Shown: positions 41,365 to 51,181 of the stretch, one piece after another | Layout of the letters: the number at the start of each line of letters is the position of its first letter | How positions within the stretch are numbered: position 1 is the stretch's first letter | NCBI GenBank assembly: GCA_964426415.1 | Contig: CAYRQM010000003.1 | Span: 9,935-73,934, forward strand | Direction: 5' to 3' | From: an uncultured Christensenella sp. | Lineage (GTDB): Bacteria > Bacillota > Clostridia > Christensenellales > CAG-138 | DNA: 64,000 bases | Notes under the pieces: model-generated | Told to the model about the DNA's origin: nothing | What the model saw: the letters and a program-made list of their open reading frames with translations, nothing else | Databases searched by the model: none | Position numbers and translations under genes: made by a program

Positions 41365-43351
41365 AGTTGCGTGCAATGTGCGAAAGCGAAATGTACCGCG
41401 TGACCGCCATCTGCAGCAGCGCGTTGTTTTCGACATTGGGCACCGATTGCACCTCCGCAGCCGCCGCCGATGCAGCGGTCAAAAGCTCCACCGAGCAGCC
41501 CGACAGGATGTTTTGCGTGTCCGCGTCGCCGCTTTGCCGCACGCCGAACAGATCGCCGTAGCCCCTTGTTTCCATGTCCTTTTGCGCCAGCACAAAGCCG
41601 TCCGTCGAGCCAAGCAATGCGCCGATGCGCGCTTTTGCGACTTTTGTCATATTGTCGGAAAGCAGGTAGCAGTAGGATTGCACGTCGCCTCTGCCCACAC
41701 GGCCGCGCAGCTGGTGCAGCGTCGCAAGCCCGAAATGCTCGGCGCCCTCGATGACCATGGCGGTCGCCGCCTTGACGTCAACCCCCACCTCCACCACCGT
41801 GGTGGCGACCAAAAATTCGGTTTTGCCCGCACGGAAGCGTTCCATCGCCGCCTGCTTTTGCTCGTCGTGCATCCTGCCGTGCAGGACGTCCACGGTGCAG
41901 TCGGGCAACAGCGTCGAAAGCTCTTTTGCAATTTCCGCAACGGACAGTCCCTCAAAGCCCTCGGTCGGCTCAATCAACGGGCAGACCACATAGGTGCGTT
42001 CGCCCACCTTTGCACGGGTCGCCAAATGGCGATACATGGCGATGCGTTTTTCGTGCGGCACGAACCGCGTTTCGATGGGTTTGCGTCCCTTTGGCAGCAT
42101 GTCTATCACGGACAAATCCAAATCGGCGTACAGCAGCAGCGCCAAGGTGCGCGGAATCGGCGTCGCGGACATGACCAACACGTCGGGACGCGCCCCTTTT
42201 TCTTCCAATTTTGCACGTTGTGCAACGCCGAACCGATGCTGCTCGTCGGTGACAATCAGCGCCAAATCGCAAAAGCGCACCTGCTCGGACAGCAGCGCGT
42301 GCGTGCCGATGACCACCGAAACGGTTCCGTCCTGCAGCCGCTTTTGCACCGCGGCTTTCTCGGCGGCGCGCATACTGCCCACATACAGCGCGCACGCATC
42401 GCCAAATAGTGCGCGGATCGTTTCATAGTGCTGCTGCGCCAAGATTTCGGTAGGTGCAAGCAGTGCGCCTTGCTTTTGACACGCAGCCGCAATGGTCAGC
42501 GCGTACAGTGCAATCAGCGTTTTGCCCGAACCGACGTCGCCCTGCACCAGCCGATTCATCGGCACGGCGGACGCCATATCCCGTTCCACCTCGTCCATCA
42601 CGCGCACCTGTGCCTCGGTGGGCACAAACGGGATGCGACGCAGAAAGCGTGCGCGGATGCCCGCGGTTTGGAACGCGACGCCCGTAAGCCTGCGGTGGTT
42701 CTCTCGAAATTCGGACACCGCCAAAAAGTACAAAAGCGCTTCCTCAAAGGCGACGCGCCGCTTGGCTTCCATGAGCGATGCGGTGTTCGTCGGCTGATGC
42801 AGCGCGACAAGCGCACAATCAAGAGGCAGCAGCGCATATTTGGCGCGTAAGGACAGCGGAAGTGTGTCCGAAATGGCGGTATCCTTGAGCGCTTGCGCAA
42901 TCGCCGTGCGGAAAACGGGCTGCGTCAGTCCCTTTGAAAGCGCATAGATGGGAACGATGCCCTCCGTCTGCTTGAGAATTTGCGGGTTGTACAGCACCGT
43001 GCCGCGCTGTTTTGTGACACGGCCGTGCACCAAAAGAACGGCGCCTTGCTTGACTTGTGTGGAACGGTATGGCTGGTTCATCCAGCGCAGGGTGAGCTTG
43101 CCGGTTTCGTCGAACGCCTGCACGGACACGATGTACATGCCGCGGCTGAAAAAGACGGACGGATTGGAACGCGCCGTGACCTTGAGCGTCACGGTTTCGC
43201 CCTCCTCGGCGTCCTTGACCGCGGTCACGTCGGAAAAATCCAAATACTCCTTCGGGTAGTACCGAAGGAGATCGTCTGCAGTATAGATGCCCAGCTCTTG
43301 CAGCAAGGCGATGCGTTTGGGCCCGATCCCGGAAATGTCAGATAGCTGCAT
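41363..43351 (-). CDS. recG: ATP-dependent DNA helicase RecG
   Basis: Start trimmed to ATG 43351 (MQLSDISGIGPKR). The track extension translates a repeat. Walker A GDVGSGKT, DEQHRFG. Confidence 0.92.
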   Translation of the reverse strand: MQLSDISGIGPKRIALLQELGIYTADDLLRYYPKEYLDFSDVTAVKDAEEGETVTLKVTARSNPSVFFSRGMYIVSVQAFDETGKLTLRWMNQPYRSTQVKQGAVLLVHGRVTKQRGTVLYNPQILKQTEGIVPIYALSKGLTQPVFRTAIAQALKDTAISDTLPLSLRAKYALLPLDCALVALHQPTNTASLMEAKRRVAFEEALLYFLAVSEFRENHRRLTGVAFQTAGIRARFLRRIPFVPTEAQVRVMDEVERDMASAVPMNRLVQGDVGSGKTLIALYALTIAAACQKQGALLAPTEILAQQHYETIRALFGDACALYVGSMRAAEKAAVQKRLQDGTVSVVIGTHALLSEQVRFCDLALIVTDEQHRFGVAQRAKLEEKGARPDVLVMSATPIPRTLALLLYADLDLSVIDMLPKGRKPIETRFVPHEKRIAMYRHLATRAKVGERTYVVCPLIEPTEGFEGLSVAEIAKELSTLLPDCTVDVLHGRMHDEQKQAAMERFRAGKTEFLVATTVVEVGVDVKAATAMVIEGAEHFGLATLHQLRGRVGRGDVQSYCYLLSDNMTKVAKARIGALLGSTDGFVLAQKDMETRGYGDLFGVRQSGDADTQNILSGCSVELLTAASAAAAEVQSVPNVENNALLQMAVTRYISLSHIARN

Positions 43352-43359
43352 GATAGAAG

Positions 43360-43576
43360 AGCCGCCCGTAGGCGGATATGGGGGCACATGGTTCGTTTCT
43401 TGTCATCCTGCGGCTTGCCGAAGGATCTGAAACGGAACCAAGGCACGCGGGCGGATATTATCCGCCCCTACGAAACCCGTCGACCGACAGGTGCGCACGG
43501 CGGGCGGATGCGATCCGAACCCATAAGTATCACAACGCAGGTCATGCGATGCAACAAACAAGCCGCCCGTAGGCGG
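43360..43576. repeat. Composite REP-like insertion flanked by 16-bp direct repeats
   Basis: AGCCGCCCGTAGGCGG at 43360-43375 and 43561-43576. Between them lie a half hairpin element (43402-43430), the palindrome GGGCGGATA-t-TATCCGCCC (43449-43467) and a degenerate second unit. Confidence 0.6.
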
Positions 43577-43579
43577 CTT
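43552..43579 (-). terminator. Terminator after the yloU-yloV operon
   Basis: Minus strand: AAGCCGCC-tacg-GGCGGCTT followed by GTTTGTTG. Confidence 0.6.
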
Positions 43580-43583
43580 TGGG

Positions 43584-45242
43584 TTATTCCACCGAAAGAT
43601 AGTAGTAGTAGAGCGGCTGCCCGCCTGCCGTCGGCAGAAATTCTGCTTCGGGGTAGACGTTTTGCAGCGTATCGACCAAAGCTGCGGCGTCGGATTCCTC
43701 GACTTGATCGCCATAGTACAGATTGACGATGGGATCCTTCAGCCCGCGCTTCTCGATCATTTTGCCCAACAGAGACTGCACCGCTTCTTCGACCGAAGAG
43801 GCAACCGCAGCGATTGCGCCGTCCAAAATGCCGATGATGTCGCCCTCTTTGATGTCGTTGCCGTTGAACCGTGTTTCGCGCACCGCATAGGTGACGGAGC
43901 CGGACACGATCTCTTGGATGGCGTCTGCCATGTTCTCGGAATTTTCGTCAACGGACAGATCGGGGTTGAATGCGATGGCTGCCGCGATGCCCTGCGGAAT
44001 CGTTTTGGTGGGCAGCACCACCACATTGCATTCGCACAGGTTTTGCGCCTGCTGTGCCGCAAGGATGATGTTGGAATTGTTGGGCAGCACAAAGACGTTG
44101 CGCGCATTGCAGTGCTTGATGGCATTCACGATGGTGTCGATGCTGGGATTCATGGTTTGCCCGCCCGAAATGAGCGCATCCACCGCGAAATTCTTGAAGA
44201 CGTTGTCGATGCCCTCGCCCACGCTGACCGCGATCATGCCATATTCCTTTTCGTTGCGCTTGCGCGTTTCCAAAAGCTGGCGGTTCTGCTCGCGCATGTT
44301 CTCGATTTTGAGCTTGTCAAGCTCGCCGAAGCGCATGGCAAACTGCAAAATCTTGCCGGGGCAGTTGGAATGGACGTGGACTTTGACAAAATCGTCGCCA
44401 TACGCCACCACCACCGAATCGCCCACTTTGACCAAATGGTCGCGCAGCAGGTTGAGATCGTCTTCACTGAAGCCATCGATGAGGCGCACGATGAAGAACT
44501 CGGTGCAGTAGCCAAACGCGATGTCCTCCGTGCTGAAGGAATCCAAGTTGGCGCCCTCCCCCATCTCCATGTCGTCCGTCGACACGGTGGGCGTTTCCGC
44601 CTCGTAGAGATCGGGCAGCTCCTCGCCGTCCAGTACGGCCTTGAACCCGCGATAGATGGTCAAAAGCCCCATGCCGCCGCTGTCCACTACGCCCGCTTCT
44701 TTGAGGACGGGCAGCAGATCGGGCGTCTTGTTGAGCGCCTGTTCGCCAGAAGACAGCACCATGTCCAGCGCGTCGTCAAAGGACAGGGACGGGCTCTTGG
44801 CAAGCGCGAGCGCCGTCGCTTGCGCAATCATGCGCGAAACGGTGAGAATCGTGCCTTCCTTGGGGCGCATGACCGCCTTGTAGGCGGCGTTCGTGCCCGC
44901 TCCGATTGCGGCGGAGAGCAGCGCGGCGTCCATGGAATCTTTGCCCTTGCAAACCTGTGCATAGCCGCGGAACAGCTGGGACAAAATAACGCCCGAATTG
45001 CCGCGTGCGTTGCGCAGCGCGCCCATGGATACGGCGTCCATGACCGTACTGACGGAAACGTTATCCGCCATGTTGCGCAGTTCCTTCACGGCGCCTTGCA
45101 TCGTCATGGACATATTCGTACCCGTATCGCCATCCGGTACGGGAAATACGTTTAATGAGTCGATGTACGCCTTATGCTTTTCTAAATTGGCTGCACCACC
45201 CAAGAACAGGTCTTTCAGCATGCCGCCATTGATGCTTTTCAT
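43584..45242 (-). CDS. DAK2-domain protein YloV
   Basis: Start at ATG 45242. DGDTGTNM motif of the Dak2 domain plus the C-terminal DegV-like/YloV domain. Synteny asp23-yloV-recG. Confidence 0.9.
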   Translation of the reverse strand: MKSINGGMLKDLFLGGAANLEKHKAYIDSLNVFPVPDGDTGTNMSMTMQGAVKELRNMADNVSVSTVMDAVSMGALRNARGNSGVILSQLFRGYAQVCKGKDSMDAALLSAAIGAGTNAAYKAVMRPKEGTILTVSRMIAQATALALAKSPSLSFDDALDMVLSSGEQALNKTPDLLPVLKEAGVVDSGGMGLLTIYRGFKAVLDGEELPDLYEAETPTVSTDDMEMGEGANLDSFSTEDIAFGYCTEFFIVRLIDGFSEDDLNLLRDHLVKVGDSVVVAYGDDFVKVHVHSNCPGKILQFAMRFGELDKLKIENMREQNRQLLETRKRNEKEYGMIAVSVGEGIDNVFKNFAVDALISGGQTMNPSIDTIVNAIKHCNARNVFVLPNNSNIILAAQQAQNLCECNVVVLPTKTIPQGIAAAIAFNPDLSVDENSENMADAIQEIVSGSVTYAVRETRFNGNDIKEGDIIGILDGAIAAVASSVEEAVQSLLGKMIEKRGLKDPIVNLYYGDQVEESDAAALVDTLQNVYPEAEFLPTAGGQPLYYYYLSVE

Positions 45243-45264
45243 GTTCAATCCTACCTCCAAAGCG

Positions 45265-45621
45265 TCAGACGACGCGGATGCTTTCTACGAAAATGTTGAC
45301 ATTTCGTACCGAAACGCCCGTGAGGTCTTCGATGCGGTACCGAACATTTTGCTTGGCGTTCGTCGCAACGGCAGGCAAAGAAACGCCATACTGAAGCGCG
45401 ATGTGCAGCGAAATGTCAATCTGCTGGTCGTTGACCTTTTCGACCTTGACGCCCTTTTGCAGATTCTCTTTGCCGAACAGCTCGACGAATGCGTCACCCG
45501 CCGTGCGTGCGCACATCCCGATAATTCCGTAGTTTTCGACTGCCGCGTAGCCCGCTAAGGTCGCAATCAAATCCTCCGAGATGGTAATGGTGCCATTTTC
45601 ATTCATGACAGTAATCGGCAT
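45265..45621 (-). CDS. Asp23/Gls24 family envelope stress protein (YloU-like)
   Basis: 118 aa with typical Asp23 length and sequence pattern. Precedes yloV as in Bacillus. Confidence 0.88.
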   Translation of the reverse strand: MPITVMNENGTITISEDLIATLAGYAAVENYGIIGMCARTAGDAFVELFGKENLQKGVKVEKVNDQQIDISLHIALQYGVSLPAVATNAKQNVRYRIEDLTGVSVRNVNIFVESIRVV

Positions 45622-45669
45622 AATAGAGCCTCCTTTACTTAATAAACAATACGGGGAACAGGCAGTCCG

Positions 45670-46410
45670 TTATTCGTCTTCTTCCCAATTCCCGTTGTGG
45701 AAAACTTCTTGGACGTCGTCGTTGTCGTCCAACCGTTCCAAGAACCGTTCGATCTTTTCGATGGTTTCCGAATCGTCGATTGTCGTCGGATTCTGCGGAA
45801 TCATGCTGACTTCTGCCGACAGGAACGTGTAGCCAAGGGCTTCCAGTGCTTCGCGCACGGTGGAAAAGTCGTTCGGCTCGGTGATGACTTCGAATGCGTC
45901 GTCCTGCGCGTTGAAATCGGATGCGCCTGCGTCCAGCGCTGCCATCATCACTTCGTCCTCGTCCATCAACGCGGTGCGCTCAATGATAATCTGCCCCTTT
46001 TTATCGAACATCCATGCAACGGAACCGGAAGCGCCCATGTTGCCGCCGCTCTTCGAGAAGATGTGGCGCATTTCCGCGGCGATGCGATTGCGGTTGTCGG
46101 TGACGACATTGACGATGACGGCAAGGTTGCCGGGGCCGTAGCCCTCATAGACGACTTCTTCGTAGTTGATGGAGTTGGCGTCGCCGCACGCTTTTTTGAT
46201 GGAGCGCGCAATGTTGTCGTTGGGCATGTTCGCCGCTTTCGCCTTGGCAATGACGTCGCGCAGCTTGGAGTTGTTGATCGGGTCGCCGCCGCCGCCCTCT
46301 TTGACGGCAATGGCGATTTCACGGCCGATCTTCGTAAAGACTTTCCCCTTTTGCGCGTCGGTCTTCTCTTTTTTGTTTTTGATGTTTGCCCATTTGGAAT
46401 GTCCGGACAT
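45670..46410 (-). CDS. YebC/PmpR family transcriptional regulator
   Basis: N-terminus MSGHSKWANIKNKK is diagnostic. 246 aa. Confidence 0.92.
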   Translation of the reverse strand: MSGHSKWANIKNKKEKTDAQKGKVFTKIGREIAIAVKEGGGGDPINNSKLRDVIAKAKAANMPNDNIARSIKKACGDANSINYEEVVYEGYGPGNLAVIVNVVTDNRNRIAAEMRHIFSKSGGNMGASGSVAWMFDKKGQIIIERTALMDEDEVMMAALDAGASDFNAQDDAFEVITEPNDFSTVREALEALGYTFLSAEVSMIPQNPTTIDDSETIEKIERFLERLDDNDDVQEVFHNGNWEEDE

Positions 46411-46433
46411 ATTCGTTCCTCCTAATCAGTAGT

Positions 46434-47105
46434 TCAAAGCATTTCTGCTGCTTCTTCATCTAAAATGAATGTGGCGTCCCCATGCAGCTGCAACAGGCTT
46501 GCGGGAATCACGCTGGAAACCGCACCCTTTAGGATGCGCTCCGCCGCCTCTTTGCAAGCATCGCCCAAGAGCAGCACAATCAAACGCTTGGACTGCATAA
46601 TGGTGTTCACGCCTGCGGTCACGATCTTGTCGCCTTCGAACAGCTCGACATGGGTGATGGGCGCCGGGTCGCTGCCCACGGGATTGTAAAGCAGGCTGCC
46701 GTCCTGCCGCACCGCAAGCAGCAGGGTGTCTAAACCGCCGTCGGCAAGGATGCGCGCATCAAAGGCGCTGCAAATCGTTGCCCAGTCGCCCCCGTCGGAA
46801 ATGGGGACAAAATAGCGGTCGGCGCGGATCGCCGTTTCGGCAAACAGCTGCTTGCCCAGCCGATCGGCAATGGACAAATCGCGCGCTTCGGACGGAACGA
46901 ATTCCGACATTTGGTACACGCGCACGCTGCCCCAATTGAGCAAACCGTCCTTTGTCATCGCGGAAAGCGTTTCGTACACGCCGTCAAGCGAAGGATCCCA
47001 ATCGACGCCCAGCGTGCAGGCAGGGTCTTTGAGCAGCGCTGACGCAACCAGCGTGGCGGCTGCGACGCTTGCCGTATGGCGATCGTGATAAACCAGTACG
47101 CTCAT
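46434..47105 (-). CDS. NagB/6-phosphogluconolactonase-superfamily protein
   Basis: 223 aa. The pattern LGVDWDPSL..VYETL....G.L.W..V.VYQMSEF resembles LGLPTG.TP..Y..L..........V..FNMDEY of NagB. Catalytic status unknown. Confidence 0.6.
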   Translation of the reverse strand: MSVLVYHDRHTASVAAATLVASALLKDPACTLGVDWDPSLDGVYETLSAMTKDGLLNWGSVRVYQMSEFVPSEARDLSIADRLGKQLFAETAIRADRYFVPISDGGDWATICSAFDARILADGGLDTLLLAVRQDGSLLYNPVGSDPAPITHVELFEGDKIVTAGVNTIMQSKRLIVLLLGDACKEAAERILKGAVSSVIPASLLQLHGDATFILDEEAAEML

Positions 47106-48046
47106 TCGAATTCACCCGTCGCGCAAACCGTTTCGATGAACAGCAGCACGTCTTGATAGACCTCTGTACGGTTCGTTTCGTTGAGCACCTCGTGTCGGGC
47201 GCCCGCATAAAGCTTGAGAACGGGCTTGTGTCCACTCTTTTTGAGCCAGCCTTCGACTTGGCGCACGCCCTTGCCCATCCCGCCGACGGGATCGTGATCG
47301 CCTGCAATGAGCAAAATGGGGCGTTTGGGCACGCGCCTTGCCCAGTTCATGTCGGAGATCTCGGAAAGCCCCGTAAAGAGGTCGAGGAAGCCGTAGGAGG
47401 TAAAGACGAAGCCGCAAAGCGGATCGGCAATATACTTGTCTACGTTTTCTTCGTCGCGGGAAAGCCAGTCGAACGGCGTGCGGGAAGGCTTGATTTTTTT
47501 GTTGTAGGAGCCGAAGCTCAACGCGTCCAGCTTAGCGTTGGGCTCTTTGCCGTGCCCCTTTTTGATGGATGATTTGGCAAGCATCTTGGCAACGCCCAAG
47601 GCGGGGTTCGCGCCTGCCGTACCCGAAAAGATGAAGCCGTCAAACTCGTGACCGAGCCGTCCCGCGTAGGTACGGGCAAGAAAGCTGCCCATGGAATGTC
47701 CGAACAGGATGAAAGGAAGTGCGGGATAATCGGCTTTGATGAGCGCATGCAGCGTTTGATTGTCTTTGATGAGATTGTCCCAACCGTTTTGTTCGCCAAA
47801 GTACCCCAGCGGCTGACCCTCTGCGACGGATTTCCCGTGTCCCGGGTCGTCCATGGCACAGACCAAAATGCCGTTGTCCGCCAAGAATGCGGCAAAGTCT
47901 TGGTAGCGATCGATGTGCTCCGCCATCCCATGCATAATCTGCATGCAGGCACGCGGTTCATCGGGAATCCAAACACGATAGCGAATGTCGCAAATGCCGG
48001 TTGCCGACGGGAAACGCTTGTCACGAATCACAGTTGCCATGCGCAT
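47102..48046 (-). CDS. Alpha/beta hydrolase (lysophospholipase/monoacylglycerol lipase-like)
   Basis: 314 aa. HGMAEH oxyanion region, nucleophile elbow GHSMGS, C-terminal D and H. Confidence 0.8.
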   Translation of the reverse strand: MRMATVIRDKRFPSATGICDIRYRVWIPDEPRACMQIMHGMAEHIDRYQDFAAFLADNGILVCAMDDPGHGKSVAEGQPLGYFGEQNGWDNLIKDNQTLHALIKADYPALPFILFGHSMGSFLARTYAGRLGHEFDGFIFSGTAGANPALGVAKMLAKSSIKKGHGKEPNAKLDALSFGSYNKKIKPSRTPFDWLSRDEENVDKYIADPLCGFVFTSYGFLDLFTGLSEISDMNWARRVPKRPILLIAGDHDPVGGMGKGVRQVEGWLKKSGHKPVLKLYAGARHEVLNETNRTEVYQDVLLFIETVCATGEFE

Positions 48047-48178
48047 ACCTCCACAAATAATGATATTGAATCATATCACACATGGCGAAAAAGTGCAAGG
48101 GAAAGGAAGATTTTTTCACATTGGGCGCGAAAATGCCCCGTCTGCCGATGCGCAAACAGGGCGTAACCGCATACCATA

Positions 48179-48730
48179 TTACAGCGCAATCGTCTGCTGC
48201 GCCTGCAGCAATTCCGGGTCGCGTGCGTCGTGGGTTACGACAATCGCAAGGGTTGCACGATGGATCAGCGCCAAGACACGCGCCTTGTTCTCTTCGTCCA
48301 GCCCCGCAAACGGCTCATCCAGCAGCACCACATCCGTGCCAAACGCAAACGCCCGCGCCAGTGAAACACGCTGCATCTGTCCGCCCGAAAGCGTCGCCGC
48401 CCTTTGCTCGCGCACGTCCTCTAAGTGCAAATCGATGCAAAGCGCCGAAGCGGTTGCCACATCGGAAACGGACGCGATGTTGTCCTGCGCCGTGCGCCAG
48501 CCCAGCAAGCGCGGTTCTTGAAACGCAACGGACACCTTGCGATGCGACAGTCCCTCTACCGTTCCGCTATTTGGCTTTAGAAGCCCTGCCAGCACGCGCA
48601 GCAGCGTGGTTTTGCCGCGTCCCGATTCGCCCATGATGCAGACGACGCCAGCATCCGGGATGGACAGGTTCAGCCCATCCAGTACGATTTTTTCGCCGAA
48701 GCGAACGGTCAAATCACGACAGACGATCAT
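48179..48730 (-). CDS. ABC transporter ATP-binding protein (NitT/TauT-like importer)
   Basis: Start trimmed to ATG 48730 (ATGA overlap with the permease). Walker A GESGRGKTT, LSGGQMQR, VVLLDEPFAGLD, VTHD. Compact 183 aa nucleotide-binding domain. Confidence 0.85.
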   Translation of the reverse strand: MIVCRDLTVRFGEKIVLDGLNLSIPDAGVVCIMGESGRGKTTLLRVLAGLLKPNSGTVEGLSHRKVSVAFQEPRLLGWRTAQDNIASVSDVATASALCIDLHLEDVREQRAATLSGGQMQRVSLARAFAFGTDVVLLDEPFAGLDEENKARVLALIHRATLAIVVTHDARDPELLQAQQTIAL

Positions 48731-49470
48731 CCTGCACGCCCCCTTTTGCCAAGCAGCTTCTTGAGTCCAAATTCCATGAGCAGTGAGCAAAGAATGACCA
48801 AGATCGTCCAAGCAAACAGGTCGGGCGTGTCCAAGTAGACCTTGCAGTTGTACATTTCGTTGCCGATGCCAAATTGGGGAAACGCTAATATTTCCGCGGT
48901 AATGACCGCCTTCCACGCAAAGCCCAATGCGGTGGACGCCGCCGCGCCAAACGCGGGCAGCACCTGCGGCATCTGCACCAAAAACAGCTTGCGCAAGGCG
49001 GGATAGTAGATGGTCGCCATCTCGTCGAGCTTTGGGTCCATCGCCAAAATCGCCTGTTCCGTCGCCTGCCACACGAGCGGCACGACCATAATCATGGACA
49101 CCACCACGGGCACGGCGTTGGAAACCACGGCAAAGAACAGCACCAAAATGAACGACGTGATAGGCGTCGTTTTGACGATGGTGCGCAGCGGTGAAAGCAG
49201 AAAGGACATCGTCTTCCACCGTGCGGTCAAGACGGCAAGCAGCACGCCGAGCACGCAGCCCAGCAAAAAGCCCAGCAGCAGACGCAAAAACGTGCTGCCG
49301 ATGGAACGCCAGCACGCGGCGCTTTGCACGATGCGCACCATGGACGACGCCGTTTCATAGGGCGACGGGAACAGCAAGCTGCTGTTCACCAACATGGACA
49401 GCAGCTGCCAAGCGCCAAGGTAAATTGCTGTAAGCAGCAGAATTTGTATCGGTTTAGGAAGCCGATGCAT
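48727..49470 (-). CDS. ABC transporter permease (NitT/TauT-like)
   Basis: Six-TM BPD-type permease. Start is uncertain (ATG 49470 preferred; the track gives 49521). Confidence 0.8.
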   Translation of the reverse strand: MHRLPKPIQILLLTAIYLGAWQLLSMLVNSSLLFPSPYETASSMVRIVQSAACWRSIGSTFLRLLLGFLLGCVLGVLLAVLTARWKTMSFLLSPLRTIVKTTPITSFILVLFFAVVSNAVPVVVSMIMVVPLVWQATEQAILAMDPKLDEMATIYYPALRKLFLVQMPQVLPAFGAAASTALGFAWKAVITAEILAFPQFGIGNEMYNCKVYLDTPDLFAWTILVILCSLLMEFGLKKLLGKRGRAG

Positions 49471-50404
49471 AGTAGAAATCGTCCGCAGGCAGTGCGCCGC
49501 CGACCGATTGCGGGTTCGCATCGAACAAAACGGTCAGCATCGCCGCGACCATTTGCTGCATTTCAACGCCCGTCTTAAGGCAGATGTTGCAGTTGGGGAT
49601 TGCCTTTTTCGCAATGGCTTCCTTGCCGATGATGCCCTGTGCCACCACGACGGCTGCCGCGTCCTCCTCGGTCAGCACGCGATCGGCAGACGCTTTGGCG
49701 TCGGTCAGGAACGCGGAAATGACTTCGGGATGCGCTTCGGCATAGTCCTTCCGTGCAATGTACACGCCCTGCACCAGCTCGGTGTCGTTCCACTTTGCCC
49801 AGACGTCGTTGGCGGAAAACGCTACGCGCAGCGTGTCGCTTTGCGCCGTTGCAATGGAGACGTGCGGTTCGGGCAGCAGCGCCACCTCTACGGAGCCGTC
49901 CGCAAGCTTTGCAATCAGGTCGGAATTGTCGGACAGGTATTCCACCTGCACCGCATCGGTCAAGCCCTCTTTGTCAAGCAGGTATTCCAACACATATTGC
50001 GGTGTGGAGCCTTTGCCCGTCGAATAGACGGTCTTGCCCGCCAAATCGGAAATGGAGTTGATCTCGGCATTGTTGGTCACGAAGTACAGTACGCCAAGCG
50101 TGTTGACGGCAAGCACGACGATGTTGCCCTCGGTCTTATTGTACAGCGTCGCAGCCAAATTGACCGGCACGGCGGCAATGTCCAGCTCGCCGTTGACAAT
50201 CTGCGCCACGATTTGGTCGGGTGCGGTAAACAGGGAGACGTTGTAGCGATCCGCCTGCTCCGCCATGAGGTATGCAGCGCCGACGCCGGTCGGGCCTGCC
50301 AAAACCGCCACGTTGGCGGGCGTCGTTTCGGTTGATTTGGGTGTGCAGGCGGCGACGCCAAGCAGCAGTGTCAGCGCAAGCAGGATGATGATGGTCTTTT
50401 TCAT
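49454..50404 (-). CDS. ABC transporter substrate-binding lipoprotein (NMT1/THI5-like)
   Basis: Lipoprotein signal MKKTIIILLALTLLLGVAAC. Periplasmic-binding fold similar to sulfonate/nitrate/taurine binders. Confidence 0.8.
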   Translation of the reverse strand: MKKTIIILLALTLLLGVAACTPKSTETTPANVAVLAGPTGVGAAYLMAEQADRYNVSLFTAPDQIVAQIVNGELDIAAVPVNLAATLYNKTEGNIVVLAVNTLGVLYFVTNNAEINSISDLAGKTVYSTGKGSTPQYVLEYLLDKEGLTDAVQVEYLSDNSDLIAKLADGSVEVALLPEPHVSIATAQSDTLRVAFSANDVWAKWNDTELVQGVYIARKDYAEAHPEVISAFLTDAKASADRVLTEEDAAAVVVAQGIIGKEAIAKKAIPNCNICLKTGVEMQQMVAAMLTVLFDANPQSVGGALPADDFYYASAS

Positions 50405-51075
50405 AGTTCGGGTTCCTCTTCTTTCCTTTGGATGATGATTTTTTTGCCGTCACGGCAAACTTTTCCTTCGGTGATGAGCGTATCCAATGCACGGTACAGC
50501 GTGGCACGGCTGATGCAAAGCGATTCGGACAGGATGGTGTAGCTTGGCGCCGCGTAGACGCCGTTCACCGCTTCGGATTCGAGAAATGCCAGCAGCTTCG
50601 CCGATACAGAATTTTTGGAAAGCGCGTCCAACCGTCGGTTCAAAAAGCGGATGCGGGAATTGAGATAGTGGAGAAAGTTCGTTAAAACCGATTCCTCCTG
50701 CCGCATCAGACGCAATAGCTGCGCTTCGGAGATGCGCAGCACCCGCACATCCGTTCGGCAAACGACGTCGATCACATAGCGCAACTCGCCGCCAAACAGC
50801 GACGCCGCACCGAACAAATCGTTCCGCTGCAGCGTGCTCATGTGCATCAGCCCGTCCTCCCCCGTGCGAATGACGTCCGCCGACCCGCGCAAGATCACCC
50901 CTAAAAAATGTGTGGTGGAATCCCGCGTCAGCAAAAAGGCGCCTGAAGGGTAGGCAGAAACCGTGATCGTCTCCTCCGAAAGCCAAGCGCGTACACGCTC
51001 CACATCGACGCCCTGAAAGAGCGCCGTTTCCGTTAGCTGCCGCGCATAGCGCTTTGCGTTGAGAATGTTATCCAA
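50401..51075 (-). CDS. Crp/Fnr family transcriptional regulator
   Basis: cNMP-binding-like beta-roll followed by the HTH SRATLYRALDTLITEG. Start is uncertain: TTG 51075 gives a typical length of about 224 aa, while the track start at 51180 would abut the maf promoter. Confidence 0.7.
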   Translation of the reverse strand: MDNILNAKRYARQLTETALFQGVDVERVRAWLSEETITVSAYPSGAFLLTRDSTTHFLGVILRGSADVIRTGEDGLMHMSTLQRNDLFGAASLFGGELRYVIDVVCRTDVRVLRISEAQLLRLMRQEESVLTNFLHYLNSRIRFLNRRLDALSKNSVSAKLLAFLESEAVNGVYAAPSYTILSESLCISRATLYRALDTLITEGKVCRDGKKIIIQRKEEEPEL

Positions 51076-51128
51076 ACACGTACATTCCGTTTCATATGAT
51101 ACAGAAATAGTACCATTTATGTTGGCTC

Positions 51129-51158
51129 TTGTCAAGAGCTTTTGAAAAATGTTATAAT
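51129..51158 (+). promoter_or_regulatory. Promoter of the maf-uvrC operon
   Basis: TTGTCA, 18 nt, TATAAT. AAGGAGGG SD lies 7 nt before ATG 51182. Confidence 0.6.
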
Positions 51159-51181
51159 GCATCCACAAGGAGGGATGCAAG

